From contig JAHJCH010000337.1 of the NCBI GenBank assembly GCA_018813065.1, forward strand, positions 1-62,945: a stretch of DNA of 62,945 bases, written 5' to 3'. The first letter of the stretch is position 1. Every line of letters begins with the position of its first letter. The translations under genes were made by a program, and so were the position numbers. The DNA is from Myxococcota bacterium. GTDB lineage: Bacteria; Myxococcota_A; Bradymonadia; UBA7976; UBA1532. Below are positions 32,235-41,770 of this stretch, piece by piece. Below the pieces are notes generated by a model, which saw only the letters and a list, made by a program, of their open reading frames with translations, did not search any database and had not been told where the DNA came from.

Positions 32235-33236
32235 TTAGATCTCAGGGTTGCGCTTGCGCACCCGCACGCCCGGCGTGGTGGCGGGCTCTTCCTCGGCCTC
32301 ATCGCTCGACGACGCCTCGACGCGCAACGCCTCAGCGGCGAGCGGCCAGCGCCAGAGCTTCTCGCCCGTCTCCTCGATCATCCCCGAGGTGAAGGGCTTG
32401 GAGATGCCATATTGCTCCCGACCGATCCGCTGCAGCGGCTCCGTCACGCCCCCAATCGCCTTGGCGCGGGAGAGGTTGAAGTGCTCCAAGACCTCAGAGC
32501 GGGTCAGCTGACCACGCGCCTTGAGCAGCTCCAAGAAGGCGCGAGACTTCTCCGGCAGATCCGCGTCGTTGAGCAGCTGCTCCATCTGCGCCGCGGTCGG
32601 CAAGGCCCCCATGTCCTCCTCGCCGCCCTCCAGCTGCGTAGGATTGTCGGTCGTGAGCGTCGTCGAGGGCGCCCCGCCCGTCCAACGCCACGCGCGATCA
32701 CCCCTCACGGTGATGGCCTCGTATGGGATCTGCACCCCACGCACCGGCGCCCAGCGGCCAATCGAGCCGGTGATCCCCCCCATGGCCTTGGGCACTGTGA
32801 TGCCCAGCTCGTCCATCGCATCGTTGATGGTCAAGGTCCCTTTGCGCTGCACCAGCTCAAGGAAGCGCTTGGAGCGCTCAGGCAGCTGCTCGACGAACTT
32901 CTCGTAGCGCTCCTCATCGCTGAGGCTCTGATCGATCGGCTGCTGCGGCTTGGGCGTGCGGCGCATCACCGGGGGCGCGGGCCTGGGCGCCTCAAGGCGG
33001 GGGGGCGGCGCGGGTGGGTAGCCCAGCGCAGGGCGAGGGGCGCTGCCAAGCTTGGCAGGCATGAGGGGGCTGGGGCTGAGGGGGCTGGGGCTGGGGCTGG
33101 GGGCGAGGGGGGCAGCGGCGACGGGCTTGGTGGCGCGAGGCGCCTGTTGGCGGAGGGCGTCGAGGAGGCGCAGCACGGCCTCGTGTACGGCGACGTCTTT
33201 GAGCGCTTCAAGGTCAACTGTAATGTGAATAGACAT
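32235..33236 (-). CDS. hypothetical protein: Pro-rich linker + two related ~75-aa winged-helix-like modules
   Basis: ATG at 33234-33236 (MSIHITVDLEAL). There is an internal duplication: ERSKRFLELVQRKGTLTINDAMDELGITVPKAMGGITG...AWRW versus EKSRAFLELLKARGQLTRSEVLEHFNLSRAKAIGGVTE...LWRW. Confidence 0.55.
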   Translation of the reverse strand: MSIHITVDLEALKDVAVHEAVLRLLDALRQQAPRATKPVAAAPLAPSPSPSPLSPSPLMPAKLGSAPRPALGYPPAPPPRLEAPRPAPPVMRRTPKPQQPIDQSLSDEERYEKFVEQLPERSKRFLELVQRKGTLTINDAMDELGITVPKAMGGITGSIGRWAPVRGVQIPYEAITVRGDRAWRWTGGAPSTTLTTDNPTQLEGGEEDMGALPTAAQMEQLLNDADLPEKSRAFLELLKARGQLTRSEVLEHFNLSRAKAIGGVTEPLQRIGREQYGISKPFTSGMIEETGEKLWRWPLAAEALRVEASSSDEAEEEPATTPGVRVRKRNPEI

Positions 33237-33398
33237 GGACGATCCTGAGATTGGGAGTCGCTCTTGAGCGCGGGCTGAAGCGGCGCTCAATGTTCGCGGG
33301 AGCAGACCGGGCATCTCTATCAGATCAAAGGGTAAATGACGAGTGTTTTATGAGATCATCCGCAAAACATCGCCCCCTCGTGGGCTCACTCATCACCC

Positions 33399-34877
33399 AT
33401 GGAGGCTCGCTCTCGTCTTATGCGCTCAATCTGCCAAAGCCAAACGCTCTGCCTCCTCCTCGGCGCCTCGCTCTGGGCGTGTCAAGAGGCGCCCGATCAG
33501 CGCCTTGAGATCGAGGGGGAGGAGATCGACGCCAGCGCGCGCCTTGATCTCGGGGCCAGGCTTGACGCCGCGCTCATGGACGCCGCCTTGGACACGCTGC
33601 TCATCCCCGACACAGCTGTGATCCCCGACGCGTTGCTTATCTCCGACACGGCTGAGATCCCCGACGCGGCTGAGATCCCCGACGCGGCTGAGATCCCCGA
33701 CGCGGCTGAGATCGCTGAGGAGGTCTGTGATGGGATCGACAATGATTTAGATGGGCTGATCGATGAGGCGCTCGCCAACATCTGCGGGGGCTGCGGTCCA
33801 ATCCCAGAGGGCGGCTGTCAGAGCTGGCGGATCAGCTTGCCAGAGGGGCTCATCCAGCCCAGCCGGGTCCTCAGCCTCCAAGGGCGCGTGCTGCGTGAGG
33901 CGGCCTTGGACATCGAGGGCGCGCGCTGCACGCTCTTGGAGATCGGCGCCGATGGCGGAGGCGCGCACCTCGGCGTGGTGGATATCCAAAGCCCCCAGGC
34001 TGCGCTTCAGCTGGTGCCCTATGTCGATGACGTCGAGGGGGTGATCTATACCCCGTCGCCTGACACGCCGCTGCGGCTCTATGAGGGCGACGCGCCGCTG
34101 CGGATCTGGGCGGGCGGCGGCGCGGTCATCCCCGCTTTTGAGGTCAACACGCGCGGGCCAGGCACGATGGCCGACGTGGAGGGGCTGGAGGGCGTGATGG
34201 ACAAGGCCACGGGGGCCATGCGCGGGGAGACGCCCCTGAGCTGGCGCCCCGGTGAGGGCGCGCTGACGCTCTACATCGGCGGCAGCCGTCCCCTCTTCTC
34301 CCGGCCCGAGTATCAGTCCATCGCGCACTATCAGCTCAACGCGCGCTTGGTCGATGATGGCCGCTGCGCCTTGCCTGATCTCTTCGACGGGGGGCTGCTC
34401 GACAGCTCAGTCTGGGTCTATCTCCAGCGCGCCCGCCTCCAGCCGCTTGTCTTTGGGCCACACGCGGCGCTGATCGAGACGAGCAGCCGCGTCGAGGCGC
34501 GCCGCGCCGGGGTCTTGGAGGGCGATGAGCCCTCGCCCGTGCGCTTTGAGGCGCCCTCGCCCGTCGAGCCGCAGATCACGCCCGGCGCGCCGCTGCGGGT
34601 GGCCTGGGCGCCGCTGCCCGAGGGGCCTGGGCCGCTGCGGGTGAGCTTGACGTTGCATGATCGCGCCGCTGGCGTGAGCCGTCAGCTGGCCTGTGAGGTG
34701 GTGGACCCCAGCCGTGGCGCCTTGATCTTGCCCGAGGAGATGACCACAGCGTGGCCGACAGGGGAGGGCGACACTCGCCAGATCTCCCTGAGCTGGGTGA
34801 CACACAGCGCGACGCTGCCCGCCCCCGATGAGGGCACCTTGACCCGCTCGATCTCAACCCTGCTGCGCCTGCCTTAA
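33399..34877 (+). CDS. secreted/lipoprotein with AEIPDA repeats and one MopE-like motif
   Basis: Signal with LWAC lipobox, 18-bp repeats at 33615-33719, and a CDGIDNDLDGLIDE motif. Confidence 0.6.
   Translation: MEARSRLMRSICQSQTLCLLLGASLWACQEAPDQRLEIEGEEIDASARLDLGARLDAALMDAALDTLLIPDTAVIPDALLISDTAEIPDAAEIPDAAEIPDAAEIAEEVCDGIDNDLDGLIDEALANICGGCGPIPEGGCQSWRISLPEGLIQPSRVLSLQGRVLREAALDIEGARCTLLEIGADGGGAHLGVVDIQSPQAALQLVPYVDDVEGVIYTPSPDTPLRLYEGDAPLRIWAGGGAVIPAFEVNTRGPGTMADVEGLEGVMDKATGAMRGETPLSWRPGEGALTLYIGGSRPLFSRPEYQSIAHYQLNARLVDDGRCALPDLFDGGLLDSSVWVYLQRARLQPLVFGPHAALIETSSRVEARRAGVLEGDEPSPVRFEAPSPVEPQITPGAPLRVAWAPLPEGPGPLRVSLTLHDRAAGVSRQLACEVVDPSRGALILPEEMTTAWPTGEGDTRQISLSWVTHSATLPAPDEGTLTRSISTLLRLP
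33615..33719 (+). repeat. 18-bp in-frame repeat (AEIPDA), ~6 units
   Basis: gctgagatccccgacgcg occurs 3 times perfectly (33651-33704), flanked by degenerate units. Confidence 0.85.
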
Positions 34878-34879
34878 AC

Positions 34880-36520
34880 CTAAAACAGCCGCCACCACGG
34901 GCGATTGGGATCTGGTTGGGCCTCTTGGGTCGGGGATGCCTCCTCAACCTCCTCGATCTCTTGGGCCGCCTCGGGCGGCGTGGGCGCGTCCTCGGGCGTG
35001 GGCGCGTCCTCGGGCGTGGCCGCGATCAAGGGCGCGGAGGGCTTGCTCAGGCTGAGGGGCGCCTCGTCGAGGGCCGCGCGCCACGGATAGCGCGCTTGTA
35101 ACGCGCGGACCTCCGCCCGCAGCGGCGCGCCCTTGGCGGGATCGACCATGTAGACGAAGTCGGCGAAGCCCATCATCGAGGCGAAGAGATCCTCGCCCTG
35201 CCCCCAGCGCTTGCCCTTGGGGCCGTCAAGGCGCACTTGGTGTAAGAGCGCGCGGAACCGACGCAGCGCGCGGCGCGGCACGCCGAGCTGATCATTGACG
35301 ATCAACCCCGTCACCTCTTGGCGCCGCCCCCTGCGCAGGATACGGGTCTTGTCCTCGTTGATCCGCAGCCCCTCGTCCTCAATGATGCGCCGCGCGACCC
35401 AGAGCAGCTGGTTGAGATCCTGTCCCTCTCCAGAGAAGGTCAGATCGTCGGCGTAGCGGGTATAGGTCCAGCCATGCTGCGCGGCGTAGCCGCTGAGCCG
35501 GGCGTCGAGGCGACGGCAGATGAGGTTGGTGATGCCCGGGCTGGAGGGCGCGCCCTGCGGGAGCCGCCGCTCACCGCCGCGCACATACCAGGTCCGCCCG
35601 TCCAGCTCCACCGCCTCGATGTCGGCCTCCGTCGTCAAGAGCGCCAAGATCACGGCCACGCTGGGGCTGTAGCCCATGCTGGCGAACAGCCCCCGCGTCC
35701 GGCTGAAGGTGATCGTGGGGAAGAAGTCGGCGAGGTCCATGTTGATGACGACGGCTTGGCCCACATGCGGCGCGGCGTTGCTGAGGATGCCTCGCCCCGC
35801 GCGGAAGCCGTGGGCGGCGTCGTGGAGCCCGATGTCATCGATTTTGTTGATGATCTCGTCGAGTATCCAGCGCTGCACGCGCTTGAGCCGGGGCATGGGC
35901 GCGGAGATCGTGCGCAGGCCGCCGGTCTTCTTGGCGATCCGAAATTGACGGTAGTGACTCTGGCTGGAGACGACGCGCTGGAAGGCGAGGAAGCGCAGCT
36001 CGCCGAGGCTGATGCCCAGGGCGCGGGCCAGATCAGGTGGGCTTTTGAGCTGGGGCAAGGCGGAGGCGCTGAGCCCCTCCAGCCGCTCGCGATAGTCCTC
36101 TGGCTCGGGCTCGGCGCCTAACCAAGCGTCCATGTTGTTGGCGGTCTTGCTCAGATCAAAGGAGACGCCCTCGCCGAGGTAGAGGATCTCCTTGGCTTTG
36201 CGCTGGCGCCACGCCTCGGCGCGCGCGCGCTTGGCCTCGATGCGCGCCTGCTTGTTCTCCTCGCGCTTGCGCCGCGACTCGGCCATGCGCTCCCTGCGGA
36301 TGGCCTTGAGCACCGCCTCGCGGTTCTGTGTCCGCGCCGCTTCGCTTTGCAGCGCGCTGAGCCGCTTGAGGATCTCGCCGCGCCGCTTGTGCGCCCCCCC
36401 TGGATCGACGGGCCGATCTCCCCAGAAGCCGAGGCGGACCATCTCCTCAAGGATAAACTCCGCCTTGGAGGTCTGGCTGATGATGTCGTAGAGCTCTTGT
36501 CTCGTGCGGGGCTGGGTCAT
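34880..36520 (-). CDS. retron-type reverse transcriptase with N-terminal (~160 aa) and C-terminal (~75 aa) extensions
   Basis: LARALGISLGELRFL...YRQFRIAKKTGGLRTISAP, ILSNAAPH (NAXXH), NMDLADFFPTI, LPQGAPSSP, RYADDLTFSG (YADD) and RQEVTGLIVN (VTG). NAXXH and VTG are retron-RT hallmarks. Confidence 0.85.
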   Translation of the reverse strand: MTQPRTRQELYDIISQTSKAEFILEEMVRLGFWGDRPVDPGGAHKRRGEILKRLSALQSEAARTQNREAVLKAIRRERMAESRRKREENKQARIEAKRARAEAWRQRKAKEILYLGEGVSFDLSKTANNMDAWLGAEPEPEDYRERLEGLSASALPQLKSPPDLARALGISLGELRFLAFQRVVSSQSHYRQFRIAKKTGGLRTISAPMPRLKRVQRWILDEIINKIDDIGLHDAAHGFRAGRGILSNAAPHVGQAVVINMDLADFFPTITFSRTRGLFASMGYSPSVAVILALLTTEADIEAVELDGRTWYVRGGERRLPQGAPSSPGITNLICRRLDARLSGYAAQHGWTYTRYADDLTFSGEGQDLNQLLWVARRIIEDEGLRINEDKTRILRRGRRQEVTGLIVNDQLGVPRRALRRFRALLHQVRLDGPKGKRWGQGEDLFASMMGFADFVYMVDPAKGAPLRAEVRALQARYPWRAALDEAPLSLSKPSAPLIAATPEDAPTPEDAPTPPEAAQEIEEVEEASPTQEAQPDPNRPWWRLF

Positions 36521-36537
36521 ATGCGTGCCTTAAAAGG

Positions 36538-36771
36538 CCAGGGCGCGGCCGAAAACTTCGAAGTTCTCGTCGGAGACTGGACTGTCTCAACTCAATTAAG
36601 GCCCCTATGGGCTAGTCCGTAATTGTTGTCGGCAGACAACGCACCGCCAAATACGGACTAGCCCATACTGGGGCCTACCAGTGAAGAGCAGGCCAGTGAC
36701 GCATGCTCGGTCAAGGTGCATGGACGGCGATCCACCGCCCCACTGCAAGCTTTGCCTCGACCGCACCCTGG
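36538..36771 (-). ncRNA. candidate retron msr-msd non-coding RNA
   Basis: A1 (36771->36758, CCAGGGUGCGGUCG) pairs with a2 (36551->36538, CGGCCGCGCCCUGG) as 12 WC plus 2 GU pairs. Enclosed are a 76-nt hairpin (36600-36675) with 16/16 perfect core arms and two smaller hairpins. The element lies directly upstream of the RT, as in retrons. Confidence 0.55.
36600..36675. repeat. long inverted repeat / hairpin (putative msd stem)
   Basis: GGCCCC-TATGGGCTAGTCCGTA (36600-36621) pairs with TACGGACTAGCCCATA-CT-GGGGCC (36652-36675). Nested inside is GTTGTC-GGCA-GACAAC (36625-36640). Confidence 0.9.
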
Positions 36772-36780
36772 ACGCCTGGT

Positions 36781-38445
36781 CTAATGCCGTCGGTGATTGC
36801 TCTGACCCTCGGAGATCCTCAACGCGAGGATGTGCTCACAGGGGCCTTTGTAGAGCCGGTTATGACGGAACCAAGCGCAGTCGCACTGGGCCTCTTTGAT
36901 ACGCTCATCGGCGTCAATCGTCAAGGAGATATAGTGCGTCTGTTGATCAGCTTGGATCGCCCCGTCCAAATGTAAATGACCTTCGCTGTCTTGGCGCGCC
37001 TCGATCAGCGTCACTTGGCGCCGCATCACAAAGCGGTTGGCCGTGGCCTCTCGCTCGTTGGCGAAGCGCAGCGCGCTGAGCGGCAGCGGCTCACGGCTCA
37101 GCTCACGGGCGCGGTAGACGCCCTGCTCCAGATCGTAGATGGCCCGCCCCGCTTGGGTGAGCGTGCCCAGCGCCCCGAGCACCACCGCGCGATCTAAGCC
37201 CAGCTTGCGGGCGAGATCATCGGGCGCCGCGCGCCAGTCGGCCTTGAGCGCCTCGAAGACCGACGCGCTGGTCAAGGCGTCCACCTCGGCGCGCGGCGCC
37301 ATCAAGTCAAAGTTGCCCGCCGTGGACCAGTCATTGGCCGTCCAGCCGCTGAGCCCCAGCGTGAAGGCCATGTCGCCGAGGTGGGCGATGTAGAACGAGG
37401 GCAGCCCCGTCCCCAAGAGGTAGACCGTGAAGTAATCGGCGATGGGGATCAGCCGCTCCAAGATGTGCAGCCGCCGCCGCCCCCAGACGCGGATCTCTTG
37501 GGGCGTGTCCCCCTCGTAGATCGAGCGTGGGCAGTCGATCTTGATGTTCCAAGGCTCCATCAAGATCTGAACGGGGCGCCCCGGCTTGAGGATGTAGCGC
37601 ATGGAGCGCGGGCCATGCAGCTCCTGCTTTTGCCGCAGCACAAAGCAGATATTGTGGATGTCCATCGGGTGCAGCTTGATCGCCGTCGCCGGCAGCGACA
37701 TGGCAGAGCTGACCTGAAGGAACCCACGCACCCAGGAGTCAGGGAGGTCAATCTTGACCTCTTTAAAGGCGTCTGAGAAGGACGCCTCGTCTATGGTCTG
37801 AACTTGAAACCCAGATGGGTCAATCGTGAAGTCTGTGGGCTTATAGCTGCGGATCTTTTGAAACTCATTGTAAAGCTCCGCGCTGTAATCGATGTTGGTC
37901 GTCCCACACTCAAATTCCTTGACATCCTTGAAGACATCATAGTTGGCGCTGAGGCGACCATAGCTGGATTCATCCTGGCTAAAGCACTCAAAGAAGACCT
38001 GGTCTGGGTGTACGGTGATCACCGGGTCTAAGACAAACCAAGCGTTATAGTCTCGCTTGTAGAGGTAGTCAAAGTAGCGACGCTTGGCCTTGTTGAAGGG
38101 GACACTGTGCTTTTGCTGCTCTAGGTCGATCTTCCTCAGCTCCTCATGAAGCTGGGCCATCTCGCGCTTGGCGCGGCCATGCTCGGCGGCGATGCGCTCT
38201 AAGGCAAACTGCTCCTGCGTCGCCAGCCAGGCCTTGTACTCCTCGCGATCCTTGGGCTTAAACCGTAGATCCGAGACGACGACGCTGTGCAGGGCGCTGA
38301 TCGCCTCGCGGAAGGGGATGTTTTTGCGCAGCAGGCCCCGAAAATAGGTCGGATCTCGCTGGGTGTCCGGCGAGAAGCGCATGGAGGTCTGATCAGGGCG
38401 GCTCTCGATGGCGGTGTTGCCGCTGTATCTATATTGAAACTCCAC
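36781..38445 (-). CDS. SWIM zinc-finger domain protein
   Basis: C-terminal CDCAWFRHNRLYKGPCEHILAL matches the CxC-x(n)-CxH SWIM signature. GTG start at 38445 preceded by GGAGGTGA. Overlaps the upstream gene by 17 nt. Confidence 0.8.
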   Translation of the reverse strand: MEFQYRYSGNTAIESRPDQTSMRFSPDTQRDPTYFRGLLRKNIPFREAISALHSVVVSDLRFKPKDREEYKAWLATQEQFALERIAAEHGRAKREMAQLHEELRKIDLEQQKHSVPFNKAKRRYFDYLYKRDYNAWFVLDPVITVHPDQVFFECFSQDESSYGRLSANYDVFKDVKEFECGTTNIDYSAELYNEFQKIRSYKPTDFTIDPSGFQVQTIDEASFSDAFKEVKIDLPDSWVRGFLQVSSAMSLPATAIKLHPMDIHNICFVLRQKQELHGPRSMRYILKPGRPVQILMEPWNIKIDCPRSIYEGDTPQEIRVWGRRRLHILERLIPIADYFTVYLLGTGLPSFYIAHLGDMAFTLGLSGWTANDWSTAGNFDLMAPRAEVDALTSASVFEALKADWRAAPDDLARKLGLDRAVVLGALGTLTQAGRAIYDLEQGVYRARELSREPLPLSALRFANEREATANRFVMRRQVTLIEARQDSEGHLHLDGAIQADQQTHYISLTIDADERIKEAQCDCAWFRHNRLYKGPCEHILALRISEGQSNHRRH

Positions 38446-41400
38446 CCCTCACCTCCGCAGCTTGGACCTTGATGGGCAGCGAGACGTCGGGCCAGTCTCG
38501 ATGAATTTGAAGCATGATCTCGATGGCGGCGGCGCGGTCGCGGATGGCGATGGTGGCCGACTGGCGTGTCAGGATCTCGGCGATGATCTCGGCGGCCTCG
38601 CGGCTGGCGCGGGCCTCGGCGGCGAAGAAGCGCAGCACACGCTGCTTGGTCAGCCCGCCTTGGTTGACCCGCGACAGCGCGGCGATGAAGTAGAGCTTGA
38701 GCTGCGCCAGCCGCTGGGGGGCGTCGTGGGCGTAGCGCTCCAGGTAGTGGGTGACGAAGCCCTGCATGGCGGCGGAGGGGTGCTCGCTGAGCTTGAGCAG
38801 GTACTCGGGGCCAAAGGCCTCGCGGAAGAAGCGGGTCAGCAAGCCCTGCCCAAAGCGCTGCACGTCCGGCCGCACGCTGTCGCAGAGGCTGACGAGCACG
38901 CTGGGCGGGAAGTCGTCGGCCTCAAAGGCGTCGCCACCAAACAGCTCAAAGGCGAACTGGCGGGTGTCCTCCCAGGCCGCGTCGAGGATGCGCACCGCCT
39001 CGACGATCTGGGCCTTGAGCCGAGGGATGTCCGCGCGGTACATGGCCCACGCGGCCCGGCGCACGGCGGCGATCTCATGGGTGCCCAGCCGGGCGATCTC
39101 GCTGACGCTGAGGTCATCGGGGCGCAGCGCGGTGGGCAGGAGCAGCCCGCCCAGCTCTTGCGCCGGGCCTCGACTGGACTGCAAGAGCCGCATGATCACG
39201 CTCTTGGGCACGCCGTCCATCACCGCGCGCAGATCCTCGCTGAGCACCCGCACGAGATGCGCCCCCGCGCCGTCGGGGAGCTTGTGGCGCAGGAGCGCGC
39301 GGACCAGCTCCACCGCCAAGGCCTCGGCCTGCGTGGGCGCGGCGGCGACGCGCTGCACCACCAGCCGCGCGCTCTCGCGCAGCTGGGCCTCCGAGTGGAT
39401 GGAGAGGGCCACGATCAAGCTCATGTAGCCGGCGACCACCGCGTCGGGCATCCGCGCCATCAGCTGCACCCCCACGGCGCGCGCCGTGGAGAACCGAGAG
39501 TCAAGGAGCGCGACGAGGAGCGCCTCGGGCGTGGCCTCGCCGTAGCCCGCGCGGGCGAGGAGGATCTCCCCGGCCAGCACATGGGCGCTCTCCTCCTGGC
39601 GCTTGAGGAGATCGAGGATCACCGCCTCGCTGATCCGCCGCAGCTGGGCGGAGAACAGCCGCTTGAGCGTGGCGCTGATGTCATCCTTGCGGGCTTGATC
39701 GGCGTCGGCGTCGAGCAGCCGGGCGATGAGCCGGGTGACGATGAGCTGGGCCGTCTCCTCGCTGAGCGTCACCGTCTGGAGATAGCCGCGCCCAAAGCGG
39801 CGGGCCTCCTGCTCAGGGCCGCAGAGCAGATCGGCGAGGAAGAGGGCGTCTTGGGTGAACACCGCGCGGGCGGCCTCAAGCCAATCACGCGCTTGGTCAC
39901 GGGCGGCCTTGAGCGGGCTGTGGATGGCCGCCAAGGCCAAGACGACGCTGGGCGAGGCCGGGTTAAAGCGGCTCGTCGCCAGCTCCAAGCCCAGCTGGTT
40001 GGTGATCTCGTAGGGCGCGCCCAGGAGCAGGGCCAAGAGCTGATCGTCGAAGCTGGAGAATTGGCCTCGCAGCGCGCGTAGGGTGCGCGCGGCGAAGTCA
40101 TGGACCGGCGCGCAGCGGCTCTCGACGAGGAGGTGGATGAGCCCCTCGGGGCGGGCGGCCCACAGGCGCGGGTAAGCGCCCTCATGGCTCACGATCGGCG
40201 CCGCGCTCGGGCGACGATCATCGCCGCGCCCTCTCGGCCGCGCCGCGCTGGGCGTGTTGCTCAAGGAGAAGCGCAGGTGTGCCCGATCAGCGCGCACCCG
40301 CGCGCTGTGGCGATAGAGGATCTGGTTGAAGGCCCAATGGCCGAGGAAGGGCGCCAGCAGGTTGTGCCCCTCGCGGTTGATCCGACCGTAGGCGTCCGTG
40401 TCCTTGAAGCGCAGGAGGTAGCCGACGGCCATGTTGACGTAGTGGGGATCGTCGCGCTCGCCGATCCGCTCCAGAGTCCGCCAAGCGCGGCGGCGCAGAT
40501 ATTGGCGCGTCGCCGAGCTGTAGGCCGCCTTGGCGTTGGGCTGGCCCTGGGCCGCGCCCACCTCGACGCGGTGACCGCCGATGTAGGCGATCTTGCCCCA
40601 GTAAGGCCGCTGGAAATAGGCGCGGGTGACCTCGAAGCGGTGGTTGAGGATGCCCCAAAGCTGCGCATCCTCACGCAGCTCCGCCGACTTAAGCAGGCCA
40701 CGCAACCCCTTGAATGTGTTGGGCTTTAACGGCAGGGTCGCCGCCAGATCCAGGACCGCTGGGCGGGCGGGGCCGTCGATGAGATAGAGGCGGCGGAGCA
40801 GGGTGTGGCTGTCCTTGGAGGGCGCCTCAAAGGCGGCCAGCGCCGCCGCCTTGATGGCCTGCGGCGCGCCCTCGACCAGCGCCTGTCGCAGCGGCGGCGG
40901 CAGCGCGTCGCGCTCGGCGGCGAGGAAGGCTTCGAGCTTGCGCGGCCCATAGAGCGCGCGCAGGGCCTCGCCGGCCACGCGGCGGACATGCTCAAGGGTC
41001 TGCGGGCGCTGGTAGATGTGCTCGACGTCGGGGATCACGGCGGGCTCACCGCAGCGGGCCAGCGCGTAGAGCGAGGCGTAGTCGCGCATGGCCGAGCCGT
41101 GGCCGAGGTGGGCGACAATCAGCGGCGCGGCGGCCCGCAGCCGCAGCTCACCCGCCCGCCAGATGGCGCGATCCAAGGGCCAGCTCGAGGTGACGCTCGT
41201 CGGAGGCGCGCTTGGCGCGCCGCGTCGCCTGCGTCGAGGCGCGCGAGGGATATCCCCCAGCCGCAGCCGCGCCAAGATGGCCCCCTCGCGATCCGCCGCG
41301 CGGTGAACCACTTCATAACCAGACAAGATCGCCGCTGGGGCGACCTCATGGCTGGACAAGGGGGCCTCGCGGGCAGCCTCGCGGGCGGCGCGATGCTGAG

Positions 41401-41770
41401 GCGGCGTCCCGACAGAGCGCCGATCAACCACCCGGATCGGTGAAGGCGCGGCGCCTTGGCCCTTGAGGGTGTAGCCCTTGGCGAGCTGGGTGTTGAGCAG
41501 CGCCTCGAAGATAAACTCGGCGCGTTGTCGTGGCACCGGCGCGAGGGTCTTGGAGCCGTCCTTGAGGACCGCCCCCTCTCGGCCATAGCGGAAGTTGACG
41601 ACGTAGGCGCCTGGGCCGACCTCGCAGAGATCGATCTCGTAGACCTTTCGCCGCGACCCCAGCGCGTAGATAAGCTCGCTTTGTCTGATCACTCTCACTC
41701 TGTCACCACTCTCTGAGCCGCGGCGGGTTGCCTTAGTCAGACCACCATTAGATGCCAATGTCAAGGGCAT
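38429..41770 (-). CDS. WGR-domain protein with ~1000-aa Leu/Ala-rich helical-repeat (HEAT/ARM-like) region
   Basis: N-terminus ...RKVYEIDLCEVGPGAYVVNFRYGREGAVLKDGSKT...AEFIFEALLNTQLAKGYT fits the WGR pattern. ATG at 41768-41770 (the track uses a TTG at 41779). Confidence 0.8.
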   Translation of the reverse strand: MPLTLASNGGLTKATRRGSESGDRVRVIRQSELIYALGSRRKVYEIDLCEVGPGAYVVNFRYGREGAVLKDGSKTLAPVPRQRAEFIFEALLNTQLAKGYTLKGQGAAPSPIRVVDRRSVGTPPQHRAAREAAREAPLSSHEVAPAAILSGYEVVHRAADREGAILARLRLGDIPRAPRRRRRGAPSAPPTSVTSSWPLDRAIWRAGELRLRAAAPLIVAHLGHGSAMRDYASLYALARCGEPAVIPDVEHIYQRPQTLEHVRRVAGEALRALYGPRKLEAFLAAERDALPPPLRQALVEGAPQAIKAAALAAFEAPSKDSHTLLRRLYLIDGPARPAVLDLAATLPLKPNTFKGLRGLLKSAELREDAQLWGILNHRFEVTRAYFQRPYWGKIAYIGGHRVEVGAAQGQPNAKAAYSSATRQYLRRRAWRTLERIGERDDPHYVNMAVGYLLRFKDTDAYGRINREGHNLLAPFLGHWAFNQILYRHSARVRADRAHLRFSLSNTPSAARPRGRGDDRRPSAAPIVSHEGAYPRLWAARPEGLIHLLVESRCAPVHDFAARTLRALRGQFSSFDDQLLALLLGAPYEITNQLGLELATSRFNPASPSVVLALAAIHSPLKAARDQARDWLEAARAVFTQDALFLADLLCGPEQEARRFGRGYLQTVTLSEETAQLIVTRLIARLLDADADQARKDDISATLKRLFSAQLRRISEAVILDLLKRQEESAHVLAGEILLARAGYGEATPEALLVALLDSRFSTARAVGVQLMARMPDAVVAGYMSLIVALSIHSEAQLRESARLVVQRVAAAPTQAEALAVELVRALLRHKLPDGAGAHLVRVLSEDLRAVMDGVPKSVIMRLLQSSRGPAQELGGLLLPTALRPDDLSVSEIARLGTHEIAAVRRAAWAMYRADIPRLKAQIVEAVRILDAAWEDTRQFAFELFGGDAFEADDFPPSVLVSLCDSVRPDVQRFGQGLLTRFFREAFGPEYLLKLSEHPSAAMQGFVTHYLERYAHDAPQRLAQLKLYFIAALSRVNQGGLTKQRVLRFFAAEARASREAAEIIAEILTRQSATIAIRDRAAAIEIMLQIHRDWPDVSLPIKVQAAEVRGGVSI

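Noticed and set aside
36600-36675. The long hairpin interpreted as a simple rho-independent terminator or REP element for the SWIM gene.
   Set aside because: No U-run follows it on the minus strand. It is enclosed by a separate 14-17-bp a1/a2 pairing and followed by more hairpins and a retron RT, so a retron msd stem explains more of the structure. A REP-like identity cannot be excluded without the whole genome.
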